The translations under genes were made by a program, and so were the position numbers. Positions 16,455 to 25,448 of a stretch of 44,107 nucleotides of DNA are shown piece after piece. This DNA is from a virus. Under the pieces are notes generated by a model, which made no database searches, was not told the DNA's origin, and saw nothing but the letters and a program-made list of their open reading frames with translations. The stretch spans positions 1-44,107 of the IMG/VR virus record IMGVR_UViG_3300026302_000104; one strand, given 5' to 3'. Each line of letters opens with the position of its first letter. Within the stretch, counting starts at the first letter, position 1.

Positions 16455-17218
16455 CGATGATCAAATCACCGCTCCGCTATCCCGGCGGCAAGTCGCGAGT
16501 CGCTAACTATCTAATCTCGCTCTTTCCGAAGAATTTTTCTATCTATTGCGAGCCCTTCTTAGGTGGCGGAAGCGTCGCTCTCAATGTCGCTCGCCCTGGT
16601 CTCCGAAAGATTCTATCAGACGAGGATCGAGAGCTCGTCAATTTCTGGCTAGAGCTGCAGTACTACCCGCAAGCGATTATTAGATACGCCTCGATCGTGC
16701 GAAAGTTAAGCGACGATCAAATCCGCGAGCACCTACAAGAGCTGAAGAAACGGGGCGACCTGGACGGACCGGAGTATTACGTTCTCAACCGCTGCAGCTT
16801 CTCAGGCGGCGGGCGAGTCGCTGGATTGCCTCGATCCTTCTCGAGATTCACTCAGAAGCACATAGATGGGCTTGGAAGCTATAGAGGGCGCCTCGGCAAC
16901 GCTTTAATCCTTCAGTCGGATTTCGCCGATCAGCTTCGCTACTTTGCCCGAAGGGAAGACGCTTTCTTCTTTGTCGATCCACCGTATATCAATATCAAAA
17001 ACCTGTACCGCCTAAAGGAAATCGATCAAGAGAAATTGGCTCGCTTGCTCAAATCTTCTAAAGCAAAATGGCTTTTGACGATCAATGATTGCGAAGAGTC
17101 CAGGAGGCTTTATAACGGCTGTAATATTCGCCCCCTGGTCTTCACATACTCTATGACGAACGGCGGGCAAGGAAGACCCCAGAGCCGCGGATCTGAGCTA
17201 GTTATAACGAATTACTAG
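16451..17218 (+). CDS. Dam-like (D12 class) DNA adenine methyltransferase
   Basis: KSPLRYPGGKS, EPFLGGGSV, FVDPPY, ELVITNY. Confidence 0.93.
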   Translation: MTMIKSPLRYPGGKSRVANYLISLFPKNFSIYCEPFLGGGSVALNVARPGLRKILSDEDRELVNFWLELQYYPQAIIRYASIVRKLSDDQIREHLQELKKRGDLDGPEYYVLNRCSFSGGGRVAGLPRSFSRFTQKHIDGLGSYRGRLGNALILQSDFADQLRYFARREDAFFFVDPPYINIKNLYRLKEIDQEKLARLLKSSKAKWLLTINDCEESRRLYNGCNIRPLVFTYSMTNGGQGRPQSRGSELVITNY

Positions 17219-17891
17219 CCGCCGCGAACATCATCTCGGAAGCTTTCGCGAAAACGCCCGGACATCTTGGATCGTCTTTTCTCTTACCGATTAGATTCGC
17301 TTGGCTATTGAGATATCGCGCGATCTCTTCGAGATCGTCTTCAAAAGCATCCGGAGCGTTAACCGCCGCGCAATAGATCCGAATCATCTTCGCGGCGCGA
17401 TTCATCCAACCGGCGCCGTATTCTAATTGGGTCGGATCGTTTTTCAGGATTCGCGAATAATAGCTCAGGCGCTCTCTAAAGAAAGCGGCAAAGAGCTGAT
17501 AATAGGGTAGCTTATTGGCGGCGGCAATCGTGACTGGACCGATTCCGCCGTCGGCTTTTACGCCGATCGCCTTTTGCAAAAGCTTGATTGCTCCGCCTTG
17601 CCCGTGATGGACGCCGGCGTCGATCAATTGCTCGGCCATGGCGTCGCCGAAATTTAAGAAGCCCGGCTTCTCGATGAATTCCACTTTGTAGATCTTCGCT
17701 GCTTCTTCTTTCGTGAGATTTTCGACATCCTTAACCGAGACGGGCTTGCCCCGCCACCGGGCAAGAGTCGCCCGCGTGATACCATATTTAGTAGCACCGC
17801 CGCGATCGCTCGCTTTGTTGACGAAGCCACCTTCCCTATTGACGATCCCCTTAATGACGAGATCTATATAGCCGTTTACTGTTTCGCTCAC
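17202..17891 (-). CDS. Endolysin, glycoside hydrolase family 108 with PG-binding domain
   Basis: REGGFVN..DRGGATKYGIT; LLQKAIGVKADGGIGPVT; GWMNR. Confidence 0.92.
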   Translation of the reverse strand: MSETVNGYIDLVIKGIVNREGGFVNKASDRGGATKYGITRATLARWRGKPVSVKDVENLTKEEAAKIYKVEFIEKPGFLNFGDAMAEQLIDAGVHHGQGGAIKLLQKAIGVKADGGIGPVTIAAANKLPYYQLFAAFFRERLSYYSRILKNDPTQLEYGAGWMNRAAKMIRIYCAAVNAPDAFEDDLEEIARYLNSQANLIGKRKDDPRCPGVFAKASEMMFAAASNSL

Positions 17892-18187
17892 GAATTATCG
17901 CCTCCGGGCTGAATCTCGGTATTTTGCGGCTCCGGCTTCGACTCTTCTTCTTCCTGAGCTTCGATCGCCGCTTTGATATTTTCCTCTTGATCTAGGTCTC
18001 GCTGGATCGCCCGCTGCAAGCCCTCGTCAATAATCTCAGTCGCGAGATATACTGCCGTCGCAATCGTGCGAATCGGAGACAAGATCGCGCGAATAGCTGA
18101 AAGGCTCTTCCGTTTAGCCTCGCCCGCTTCCGCCGGTTGGCTTGTCATGATCATTAGAGCCGCTAATAGCAGGAGTTGATTTCTCAT
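17888..18187 (-). CDS. Secreted protein in lysis cassette
   Basis: Signal peptide MRNQLLLLAALMIMTSQPAEA, amphipathic helix, acidic tail. Confidence 0.65.
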   Translation of the reverse strand: MRNQLLLLAALMIMTSQPAEAGEAKRKSLSAIRAILSPIRTIATAVYLATEIIDEGLQRAIQRDLDQEENIKAAIEAQEEEESKPEPQNTEIQPGGDNS

Positions 18188-18509
18188 CGTTTTTCTTTCC
18201 TATCTTGATCTCTTTGATCAAAGCGTGAACCGAGGAGCCGAAGCCGAAAGTAACCATGCTGCCCGCGTTAAATAGGCAAAATTTCATAATCGCGTCTTCG
18301 GGAAGATCCATCTCTAAGTTGTGGATCGCACAATACAGCTTGAGACCGTAGAGCACAAAGGGCGAAATAAAAGTAAAAATGATCGAAGCTTTCAATCCGA
18401 AGAGCTGGACTTCCAACTTCTTCAGCTTGCTTTCGTAGTCAACAAAGACGGCGTCGACGTCGACGCCGCGAGCTTTCGCTTCTTCAATGTGCCTGATTAA
18501 CCTTTCCAT
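18114..18509 (-). CDS. Holin-like two-TM protein
   Basis: Two hydrophobic segments; upstream of the lysin. Confidence 0.5.
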   Translation of the reverse strand: MERLIRHIEEAKARGVDVDAVFVDYESKLKKLEVQLFGLKASIIFTFISPFVLYGLKLYCAIHNLEMDLPEDAIMKFCLFNAGSMVTFGFGSSVHALIKEIKIGKKNDEKSTPAISGSNDHDKPTGGSGRG

Positions 18510-18616
18510 GGATTATGTCTGACCGCGTGAAAGAGGGCGACAAGAAACGTCAGGCTAGAAACGCCCATTAAGCAGATCCAGCAATTCAAGACGATTTGAG
18601 TCAATTCGTGCATCAT
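18497..18616 (-). CDS. 39-aa membrane peptide (absent from ORF track)
   Basis: MMHELTQIVLNCWICLMGVSSLTFLVALFHAVRHNPWKG; AGGT upstream; fills the gap in the lysis cassette. Confidence 0.6.
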   Translation of the reverse strand: MMHELTQIVLNCWICLMGVSSLTFLVALFHAVRHNPWKG

Positions 18617-18640
18617 CTATCTTTCTACCTTTTAGCGGAT

Positions 18641-18928
18641 TTATTTCTCTTCCGGGATCTCAATCGTGCCGGCGAATTCTAAAATTTCTCCGCCGGCGAC
18701 TAAGAGCTCTTGAAAGAGCGCTTTGTCCTTGACCGCTGGATGATTTGAAGCCATCGCAGCAAGCAAGCGAAAATCGACCGCGTCGTTCACTCTTTGCAAA
18801 GCCGGCTTGTGCTTCTTGAGCAAAGCGGCGAGCTCTTCGACGTCGGCTTTCTTGTTGTGATTTAGATCAAGAGATTTCAGCTTCTTAATCGCGAAATCTA
18901 TACCGGAGCTGACAAATTTATCAAACAT
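18641..18928 (-). CDS. Hypothetical protein with EF-hand-like loop
   Basis: DLNHNKKADVEE. Confidence 0.65.
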   Translation of the reverse strand: MFDKFVSSGIDFAIKKLKSLDLNHNKKADVEELAALLKKHKPALQRVNDAVDFRLLAAMASNHPAVKDKALFQELLVAGGEILEFAGTIEIPEEK

Positions 18929-18931
18929 TTT

Positions 18932-19387
18932 CTAACCTTCCTTTATCGGCACATTGAAGGCCGCCGCGTAGCCTTCGACAAGAGCGGCAATAGGCGCTGG
19001 TAGACCAATTTTTATATCTTCCCAAGCTTCGTAAACTCGCTGGATTTCTCCGCGCTCTAGATACACCTTAAGCAAATCCTTCATGGCCGCGAGCTGAGGT
19101 CGGATAGGTCGAGCTTCCGGCGCCGATTGCCAGACGGGGTCATCCCAAATAGCCGTTAGCATCGCATCGGGATCGGGCTTGGGTGGTGGCGCTGACGGTG
19201 ACGGCACTTCATAGACAAGGCTATTGCCCTCGCGCCGATAGTTTGAAGCACACATATCGCCATCGACCGGAGACCATGGCAAAAGAATCTCACCGGGCGC
19301 AGGTATGTAATATCGAAGATCAACGAAAACCGACGATTCGGTTCTAGTTGCCCCGTCTAGAAACTGCAAATAAAGAGCGTCTGCCAT
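18932..19387 (-). CDS. Putative tail fibre assembly/chaperone protein
   Basis: Directly downstream of the fibre gene; Pro-rich linker then helical domain. Confidence 0.5.
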   Translation of the reverse strand: MADALYLQFLDGATRTESSVFVDLRYYIPAPGEILLPWSPVDGDMCASNYRREGNSLVYEVPSPSAPPPKPDPDAMLTAIWDDPVWQSAPEARPIRPQLAAMKDLLKVYLERGEIQRVYEAWEDIKIGLPAPIAALVEGYAAAFNVPIKEG

Positions 19388-19404
19388 AGTTTAAGATCTC
19401 CAAA

Positions 19405-21183
19405 CTACCAATAAGAGCAAGGATTAACGCCGGTTCCAACGGCTCTAGGAGTACTACTTTCACCCGCCGAGGCTGTATAACTGCCACCCGATCCAGCGCC
19501 GCCGCCGTTCGCCTGCAAAGTGCCGCTATTCGTCCAGGTTGTAGCCTCAATATCGATCACGCCAGCGCCACCGCCACCGGCCGCAGCGTTAGCCGTGCCA
19601 CCGCTACCGACACCACCGCCAGCGCCGCCATTCACCGATATAGTTCTGCTAGCAGGTAAAATAGCTTCGCCCCTAATTCTCGCCACGAAACAACCGCCAG
19701 AAGCGCCAGCGCTGCCGGAGTAGTTAGTCGTCGGAGCGTTTGTGCCAGCGCCGCCATTTAGATTCAGGTTGCCGAGAGTACAAAGCCCGCCAGGGTTTAG
19801 CGAAATCTCTAAATAGAGCGCACCGCCAGCCTCGCCTCCGTCCGGTGCTGCGTTTGAGGTCGAGGAGTAGTGCATCCCTGAGTTGCCGCCAGTGCCGCCA
19901 AAAAACTGACGAGGCGAATAGATCGCGCCGCCGGGCATAAAGTGATCGGAGTACGAACCACCACGTCCACCGCGACCGCCAAAACCAGCGCCGCCGGGAC
20001 CGGCGACGACTGACACGCCAGCGCCGCCACCTACTGCCGCCGCGCCAGGACCGCTACCCGTAGCGATATTCTGACCATTATTCCCACTTGTCGGTCTACC
20101 CTTCCCGCCGCTATTCGCGCGAGTGCTTACAACGTGGGAATAAGATCCCATGTTGAACGTCGAGCAGTTTTTAACGAAGATTCTCGTCCCATCGGCAATC
20201 GTCAGGGCGCCGGTTGCGGTCCAGTCGCCATCATGATAATAATCACCACTAATTGAGCCGGAAGTAGGCAGCGAGCGGCTACCATTGCCGCCAAAGCCAT
20301 CGCCGCCGCTTGAACTAGGCGAGGCGAATTCTAGAGCAGTGCCGCCCGCGTTAACTCTTAAGACTTGAAGAGCCGAGCCGAGCGGCGGAATTCGATCGAA
20401 GCCAAATCTAGTTAGCTCGCGCCAAACCAAATTACCCGAATCGGTCGACGGGTAGTAAACGACGAATTTAGTCGCAGAATCTAGAACGAGATCGTCGCCG
20501 TTGTTATGAATTAGCTTGCCGGCTGTCCCAAGCCCGTGCTTGAGCGTTGCAACGTTGACGACGTCCGCCGTTCCCACGATCAGAAGTCCGGAGTTGTCCG
20601 GAAAATTTGTTCTTGCGATCTGGTTGATATCGGTCGAAGACGCGCAATCAATCAAGATAAAGCCGTTAGTCGGTGTTACAACGTTCGACGCCGGCGCTAA
20701 AGTCTGGATTTCCGAAAAGCCCGGAACGCGCATAAGAGGCGGAGTGTAGTCGGGTAGGATCTCGAAGAAAGCGTCATCCACTTCGCGGTACTGAACGACG
20801 AAAATCTCCGACGTGCTTCGCAGCACTCGACTAAGTCCCGTTCGGGTGTAGATCTCCTTAGTGCCGACCTGCCCGTTTCTAACAGTGATCGGACGAGCTG
20901 CGTTCGCAATTTTTAGAAAATAGACCTGACCGTCACGAATCACGCCGGCGGAAGAAATCGAATCTAGATTATCTGGCGAGGAGTCCTCGGAGTCGATCGT
21001 GAAACAGGAATAAAGATCCGTTAACGCGAGATTATTTGAGGAAATATTGATCGTCGCAGTTTTGAAGCCCTGACCGCCGAGCATCTCGTTCAATAAATCG
21101 AGCATTTGCTCAAAAGTAGTCTTGAGCTGCGCGTTCGTGCGCCCCGCGTCTTGTATATAGTTCTGCGATATATTGGCGGTCAT
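19405..21183 (-). CDS. Tail fibre / receptor-binding protein with Gly-rich C-terminus
   Basis: Follows the J-like gene; repeated N-terminal beta modules; GGGAG-rich C-terminal half. Confidence 0.75.
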   Translation of the reverse strand: MTANISQNYIQDAGRTNAQLKTTFEQMLDLLNEMLGGQGFKTATINISSNNLALTDLYSCFTIDSEDSSPDNLDSISSAGVIRDGQVYFLKIANAARPITVRNGQVGTKEIYTRTGLSRVLRSTSEIFVVQYREVDDAFFEILPDYTPPLMRVPGFSEIQTLAPASNVVTPTNGFILIDCASSTDINQIARTNFPDNSGLLIVGTADVVNVATLKHGLGTAGKLIHNNGDDLVLDSATKFVVYYPSTDSGNLVWRELTRFGFDRIPPLGSALQVLRVNAGGTALEFASPSSSGGDGFGGNGSRSLPTSGSISGDYYHDGDWTATGALTIADGTRIFVKNCSTFNMGSYSHVVSTRANSGGKGRPTSGNNGQNIATGSGPGAAAVGGGAGVSVVAGPGGAGFGGRGGRGGSYSDHFMPGGAIYSPRQFFGGTGGNSGMHYSSTSNAAPDGGEAGGALYLEISLNPGGLCTLGNLNLNGGAGTNAPTTNYSGSAGASGGCFVARIRGEAILPASRTISVNGGAGGGVGSGGTANAAAGGGGAGVIDIEATTWTNSGTLQANGGGAGSGGSYTASAGESSTPRAVGTGVNPCSYW

Positions 21184-21184
21184 T

Positions 21185-24100
21185 CTAATATCCCTGTATT
21201 GTCAGATCGACGATTCCCGTCGTCCCTGCGTTTGCCGCGTCGAATACTCCGATTAAAGGACCAGTCTCCAGCTTATCTAAACTGCGAGCGCTGGCCGCGT
21301 CCGGGTGATCAATGCTGCTCTGTAGATCGATCCTGATTCGCTTGATCTTTCTAAAAGACTTCGTTAGCGTCGGACGCGATCCGCCTGCGTTCGTTACTTC
21401 GAAATCGTCAACATATTCTATCAAATCCCTGACGTCGACGATAGTCTCTAGATTCTCGATGATAGTTTGCTGAGTCCAGCCAAGCAAACTAATCCTAAAT
21501 TCGTACTCGATCCAGTCGCCCTCGATTCCGTCGTCTGGGACTGGCTGAAACTGCTCCGCCGGCGGCCAAAATAGATCGTCATCTGGTCCCCAAAAGAGAT
21601 CGTTATCGTTTCCCCAGAAGAGCTGATTACCGCCCGTTCTGTACTCGATCACGTAAGGACCGACGACGGAAGCTTTGACTTTCACTTTGAAGGGCTTCGC
21701 TTCGGTCGAATCCGGCGTGAATTTCCAAGTATATAATCCTGGGATATACCGTACGTCCCAAAACGGATCGTTATCCGGACCCCAGAAAGGCGCGTTGTCT
21801 GGACCCCAGAAAAGCGAGCCGTTATCGTTGTTTTTCAGCTTGCCGTCTTCAACAAAACAGTTTTCAAATTGCCCGATCGAAAATGCCGGATTATGCGCTA
21901 TAGTCTCGATTACGTTGTCTAAAAGAGCCTCGCCAAAATCAAGCTGAAGAATTGCGGGCGGCCCGGCTTGTTCGTTGCCGGCGACGTCGATCGCTTTGAT
22001 CATTATCGTCTTCAGTCCGCGGGCTAGCCCTCCAATATCAAAGCGAGTCGTTAGGCAAAGAGGCGAAAGCACATAACCGGCTTCCCAGTTCGCGAAAGCG
22101 TTCCAAGCAAGTTTGACCACGAAGCCGGCATGATCTCGCGGAACGTCGACACCATGGGCGGAGTCGTAGAACCATTTGATCACGCTTGAGTCGGGCTCTT
22201 TTGTGATCATATTCGGGACATCGGGCGGCGGCGTTGTTTTGCCGATAACAGTATGGGCCGAGATCGGAGTCCAGTCGGATATAAAATTGCCTTTCCGCGA
22301 TCTAACCTGGATGTCGTAAGTTTTCTTCTCTTCGACTTCGTAGATCGAGATCGAGCCGGCTCGGGCTGATACAAAATTTGCCGGACCCCATCCACCTTGA
22401 CCGGTTGTCTTGATTTGATACTCTATTTCGTCAACGTAGTCCGGCAGTCCGCCAAGGGTGATCAAAATCTTCGGGCGATAGGAGCCGTCTCCGGCCTGCT
22501 CAAGAACAGCTTCGTTGCTTTGCACCGCGATAACTTGCGGCGCTGGAATTTCAACTTCACGCCGACGCCCGAAAGTTATTTTCGAGGACCATTCCGGGAC
22601 CGGCTCAGTATCCGATTTGTAAACCTCCGGAGCGTAATCGACGCAAGTCAACACGGCGCCCATCGTCTCGTTAGGCTCTTTGTTGATAACGATAGCTTCG
22701 ATCGAATCGAAGTCAAGCTCGCCAAAAACGACGGGATAGCCGACTTCCGGAAGAGTGCCGGATATCGGCGTCAAGAAAGTGAAAGCGCCGGTTAGATTGT
22801 CAGTATTTACTATTTCCCTGACGACCGAATCGCCGGAGCTCAGAATTATTCTTACTTGATATCGAGTGCCGGCGAAGAGCTCTTGGGGGGCATCAATCGT
22901 GATACCAACGCAATCAGGACCGGACATTTGAACGGCCTTGATGACGCCTTGCCCAAGCCCCGCGCCTAGCAGATCGTGAGTGATTCTAACCTTGTCTCCG
23001 ATCGATACTGCAAAATGCTCGACGTCGGTTTCGAATTGATAGATCCACGATCTAAGCTTGTGAATCGCCAGCAAGCGCCGCGCGATCTTGTATGCTGCGG
23101 CTTTGCTTTTGACGCCGACGAGCCGGATCGTTTCATGCTTAAAGTCTTGTCCTTCGACCTTTCCGTCGTCAAAAACTTTCCGCTCGTCCAGCTGATAATC
23201 AGCTTCAGGATTGATAAATTGCGCGGCGATATAATCGAGCGGCTCGAGATAAGAAACGCGCGCCGTAAAGGTATCTTTGATAATGTTTCGCGGGTGAAAG
23301 TGGAAGGACACTTCGTCGACCGCTTTGTCTATCCCGACCGAATATTTTCCGTTCTTATTCGGAATAAAATAGCCTTGTCCTGCCTGAGCTACTTCGCGTA
23401 ATAACTCGCTCATGTCTCGAGCTGAATCGATCACGTTTGAATATGTGAATCCCTGCTCGTCGCACCAATCGCCGAACGCTTTAAAAGCTGCAAAATCGAT
23501 CCGATCATCCGAAGCCGGGCGATAATTAGCTGAGCCGGTTAGTATCTCGAGCATGACCCAAGCGTTATTAGCCGAGGCAATTCTCGGTTGCCAGCTCGTT
23601 CCGTCGTGCGGTCTTAAAAGGCTTGTCACTTCCGCGGAGAGCTCGCCGATCGCTCCGCTTAGATCTGGAGTCGTTTGATCCTGAATCGCGCGCATAGCGA
23701 CGCGAGACATTTTTATCTCTGTTCCGTTCGCGTCATAGATCGGGCTAAACGGATACTTCGTATTAGTCTCCGTCAAAGTAGTCCAATAAACCGGATGCTC
23801 GTCGTCGTAAAGATCGCCAAAATAAAGCCGAGTGCGATCGACATAAACGTCGTAAATACCCGGCGGCACCGCGAAAGCGTATTCGTATATTCTCGGACCG
23901 AGCGAAAAGTCAATAAACTCCGGCGTCGAATTAACGACCCATCCCGATCCGTCGATGTTCGTGATCACGATCTGGAAAGAGCCTCGAGCCGGCAATCTTT
24001 GCCCGTTTACAGTCCTATAGATTCCATCGGGATAAATCAAGGTGACGTGGATAAAATTAGCGAATTGCTTTGTACGCTTGATCACCGGAGCATCGTAAGC

Positions 24101-24622
24101 GACGAGCTCGTTAAATTGTTGCTGTTCAACGTCTTGAGTATAGCTAGTTAAATTTGTATCGGACGGATAGCCGAATCTTTCTTCTAGTGCGATCGTCGGA
24201 TACTTCGAAAGCGGCACCCCGCCTAGTTTGTAGTTCGCTATCTGGAGAGGACCAGGACCGAATTCAAAGACTGCTTGAAGTATAGAGCCCGTGCTAGTTC
24301 TGATCGTGTAAGGGCGAGCCGAAAGAGGCGGGTAAACTTTCATCGGCGCGCCGAAAATGCGCGGAACCGTACCGCGCGGATTATCTCTATTCGAAACGCC
24401 GGCAAGCGGAGAAGTAAGAATATCTTTCGCGCCGCCGTAATCGTCCACCGCCGGCAGTTCAGGAGGATCGCCCGGATCGGTTAGCGGCGCTACTTGATTC
24501 AAAACTTGAGAGGTTTGTCCCGCTGATCTATCCTGCCCCCAGAATGACGCGGCGATTAGCGCGCCTAGTCCGAGCGCCGGAGCGCCGAGCCTAGCTAGAT
24601 TTTGTAAGCTAAAAATACTCAT
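21185..24622 (-). CDS. Tail tip / host specificity protein J-like
   Basis: VPRIFG..YPP, SANNAW, FINPEADYQLDE, FN3-like YDIQVRSR..SDW, GKTTPPPDV. Confidence 0.88.
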   Translation of the reverse strand: MSIFSLQNLARLGAPALGLGALIAASFWGQDRSAGQTSQVLNQVAPLTDPGDPPELPAVDDYGGAKDILTSPLAGVSNRDNPRGTVPRIFGAPMKVYPPLSARPYTIRTSTGSILQAVFEFGPGPLQIANYKLGGVPLSKYPTIALEERFGYPSDTNLTSYTQDVEQQQFNELVAYDAPVIKRTKQFANFIHVTLIYPDGIYRTVNGQRLPARGSFQIVITNIDGSGWVVNSTPEFIDFSLGPRIYEYAFAVPPGIYDVYVDRTRLYFGDLYDDEHPVYWTTLTETNTKYPFSPIYDANGTEIKMSRVAMRAIQDQTTPDLSGAIGELSAEVTSLLRPHDGTSWQPRIASANNAWVMLEILTGSANYRPASDDRIDFAAFKAFGDWCDEQGFTYSNVIDSARDMSELLREVAQAGQGYFIPNKNGKYSVGIDKAVDEVSFHFHPRNIIKDTFTARVSYLEPLDYIAAQFINPEADYQLDERKVFDDGKVEGQDFKHETIRLVGVKSKAAAYKIARRLLAIHKLRSWIYQFETDVEHFAVSIGDKVRITHDLLGAGLGQGVIKAVQMSGPDCVGITIDAPQELFAGTRYQVRIILSSGDSVVREIVNTDNLTGAFTFLTPISGTLPEVGYPVVFGELDFDSIEAIVINKEPNETMGAVLTCVDYAPEVYKSDTEPVPEWSSKITFGRRREVEIPAPQVIAVQSNEAVLEQAGDGSYRPKILITLGGLPDYVDEIEYQIKTTGQGGWGPANFVSARAGSISIYEVEEKKTYDIQVRSRKGNFISDWTPISAHTVIGKTTPPPDVPNMITKEPDSSVIKWFYDSAHGVDVPRDHAGFVVKLAWNAFANWEAGYVLSPLCLTTRFDIGGLARGLKTIMIKAIDVAGNEQAGPPAILQLDFGEALLDNVIETIAHNPAFSIGQFENCFVEDGKLKNNDNGSLFWGPDNAPFWGPDNDPFWDVRYIPGLYTWKFTPDSTEAKPFKVKVKASVVGPYVIEYRTGGNQLFWGNDNDLFWGPDDDLFWPPAEQFQPVPDDGIEGDWIEYEFRISLLGWTQQTIIENLETIVDVRDLIEYVDDFEVTNAGGSRPTLTKSFRKIKRIRIDLQSSIDHPDAASARSLDKLETGPLIGVFDAANAGTTGIVDLTIQGY

Positions 24623-25101
24623 GTCTCAACACCGAATAAGCCAGCGTAATGCTCGTCAAAAGTAGGAAAGGGATAGCTCTCGCGGAGCGTATCTTCGAAG
24701 CCGAGCACTATCGAAGCGGCGCGCACTGTTAGCCCGATCTGCTTGATCACGAATTCAAACGGTCCGACCATCACCCTGTCAAGATCGGTAGTTGATACCG
24801 TCCGTAGTGTCAAGGTCGCGCGCTTCATGTAAGAGTATTGGCGAGCGAAGGCGCTAATCACGAGATCGGTATTATCGATCGATAGATCGCCGTTAGAGAA
24901 CGTGCCGGCGCCTTGCGTCGGGTGAGCTATCGCGAAGCCGCGAGCGCTATAGAGCAAGCCATCATGAGTAAGGTCGTCGTTCGCGTTCACATATCGAAGC
25001 GGCGTCGCCATGTCCGGATGCTCGATCGTGATCAGGTTGCGAGCGATCCAGCTTCCTAGATTCGCCTTCAAAATGATCGCCAAATCCTCTTCAGGTATCA
25101 A
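24619..25101 (-). CDS. DUF1833 / gpL-like tail tip protein
   Basis: LITIEHPD..LRYVN..LSIDNTD..ESYP..F..YAGLF. Confidence 0.8.
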   Translation of the reverse strand: MIPEEDLAIILKANLGSWIARNLITIEHPDMATPLRYVNANDDLTHDGLLYSARGFAIAHPTQGAGTFSNGDLSIDNTDLVISAFARQYSYMKRATLTLRTVSTTDLDRVMVGPFEFVIKQIGLTVRAASIVLGFEDTLRESYPFPTFDEHYAGLFGVET

Positions 25102-25448
25102 TTCGGAACCTCCTGAAGCTGAAAACTGATTTCATAGATGCCGGCGCCGACATGCCTCGAGCTCGGATTCCTCACTCGGAAATTTTTCGCCGAGTCGGTA
25201 TTCGGATCGGTCCACTCGAAAGGCGTCGCGCCTTCGTTATGATCGACATAAAAGAAGTCGAAGAAAGTTTGTCTTTGCTCTTTAGTCACGATAATAGATA
25301 TCGAATGAGTCTCAAATCGAACGGAGTCGCGCTTCCGGAGCCGGATCGGACCCGTTTCGAATTCCTTCTCGATTATGTTCGAATTCGGAAGCGAGTCGAA
25401 TTGAACAAGCGGAAATTGCGGAAGAGTTGACGGCCAAGCTAAAGTCAT
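25098..25448 (-). CDS. Distal tail (gpM/Dit-like) protein
   Basis: WPSTLP..FETGP.R.R..F..F..GATPFEWTDP. Confidence 0.8.
   Translation of the reverse strand: MTLAWPSTLPQFPLVQFDSLPNSNIIEKEFETGPIRLRKRDSVRFETHSISIIVTKEQRQTFFDFFYVDHNEGATPFEWTDPNTDSAKNFRVRNPSSRHVGAGIYEISFQLQEVPN

Noticed and set aside
3858..17218. Restriction-modification system
   Set aside because: Both methyltransferases are orphans; no cognate endonuclease is adjacent
19405..20330. Gly-rich fibre C-terminus as collagen repeat or DGR variable region
   Set aside because: No Gly-X-Y periodicity; no reverse transcriptase or template repeat seen in the window
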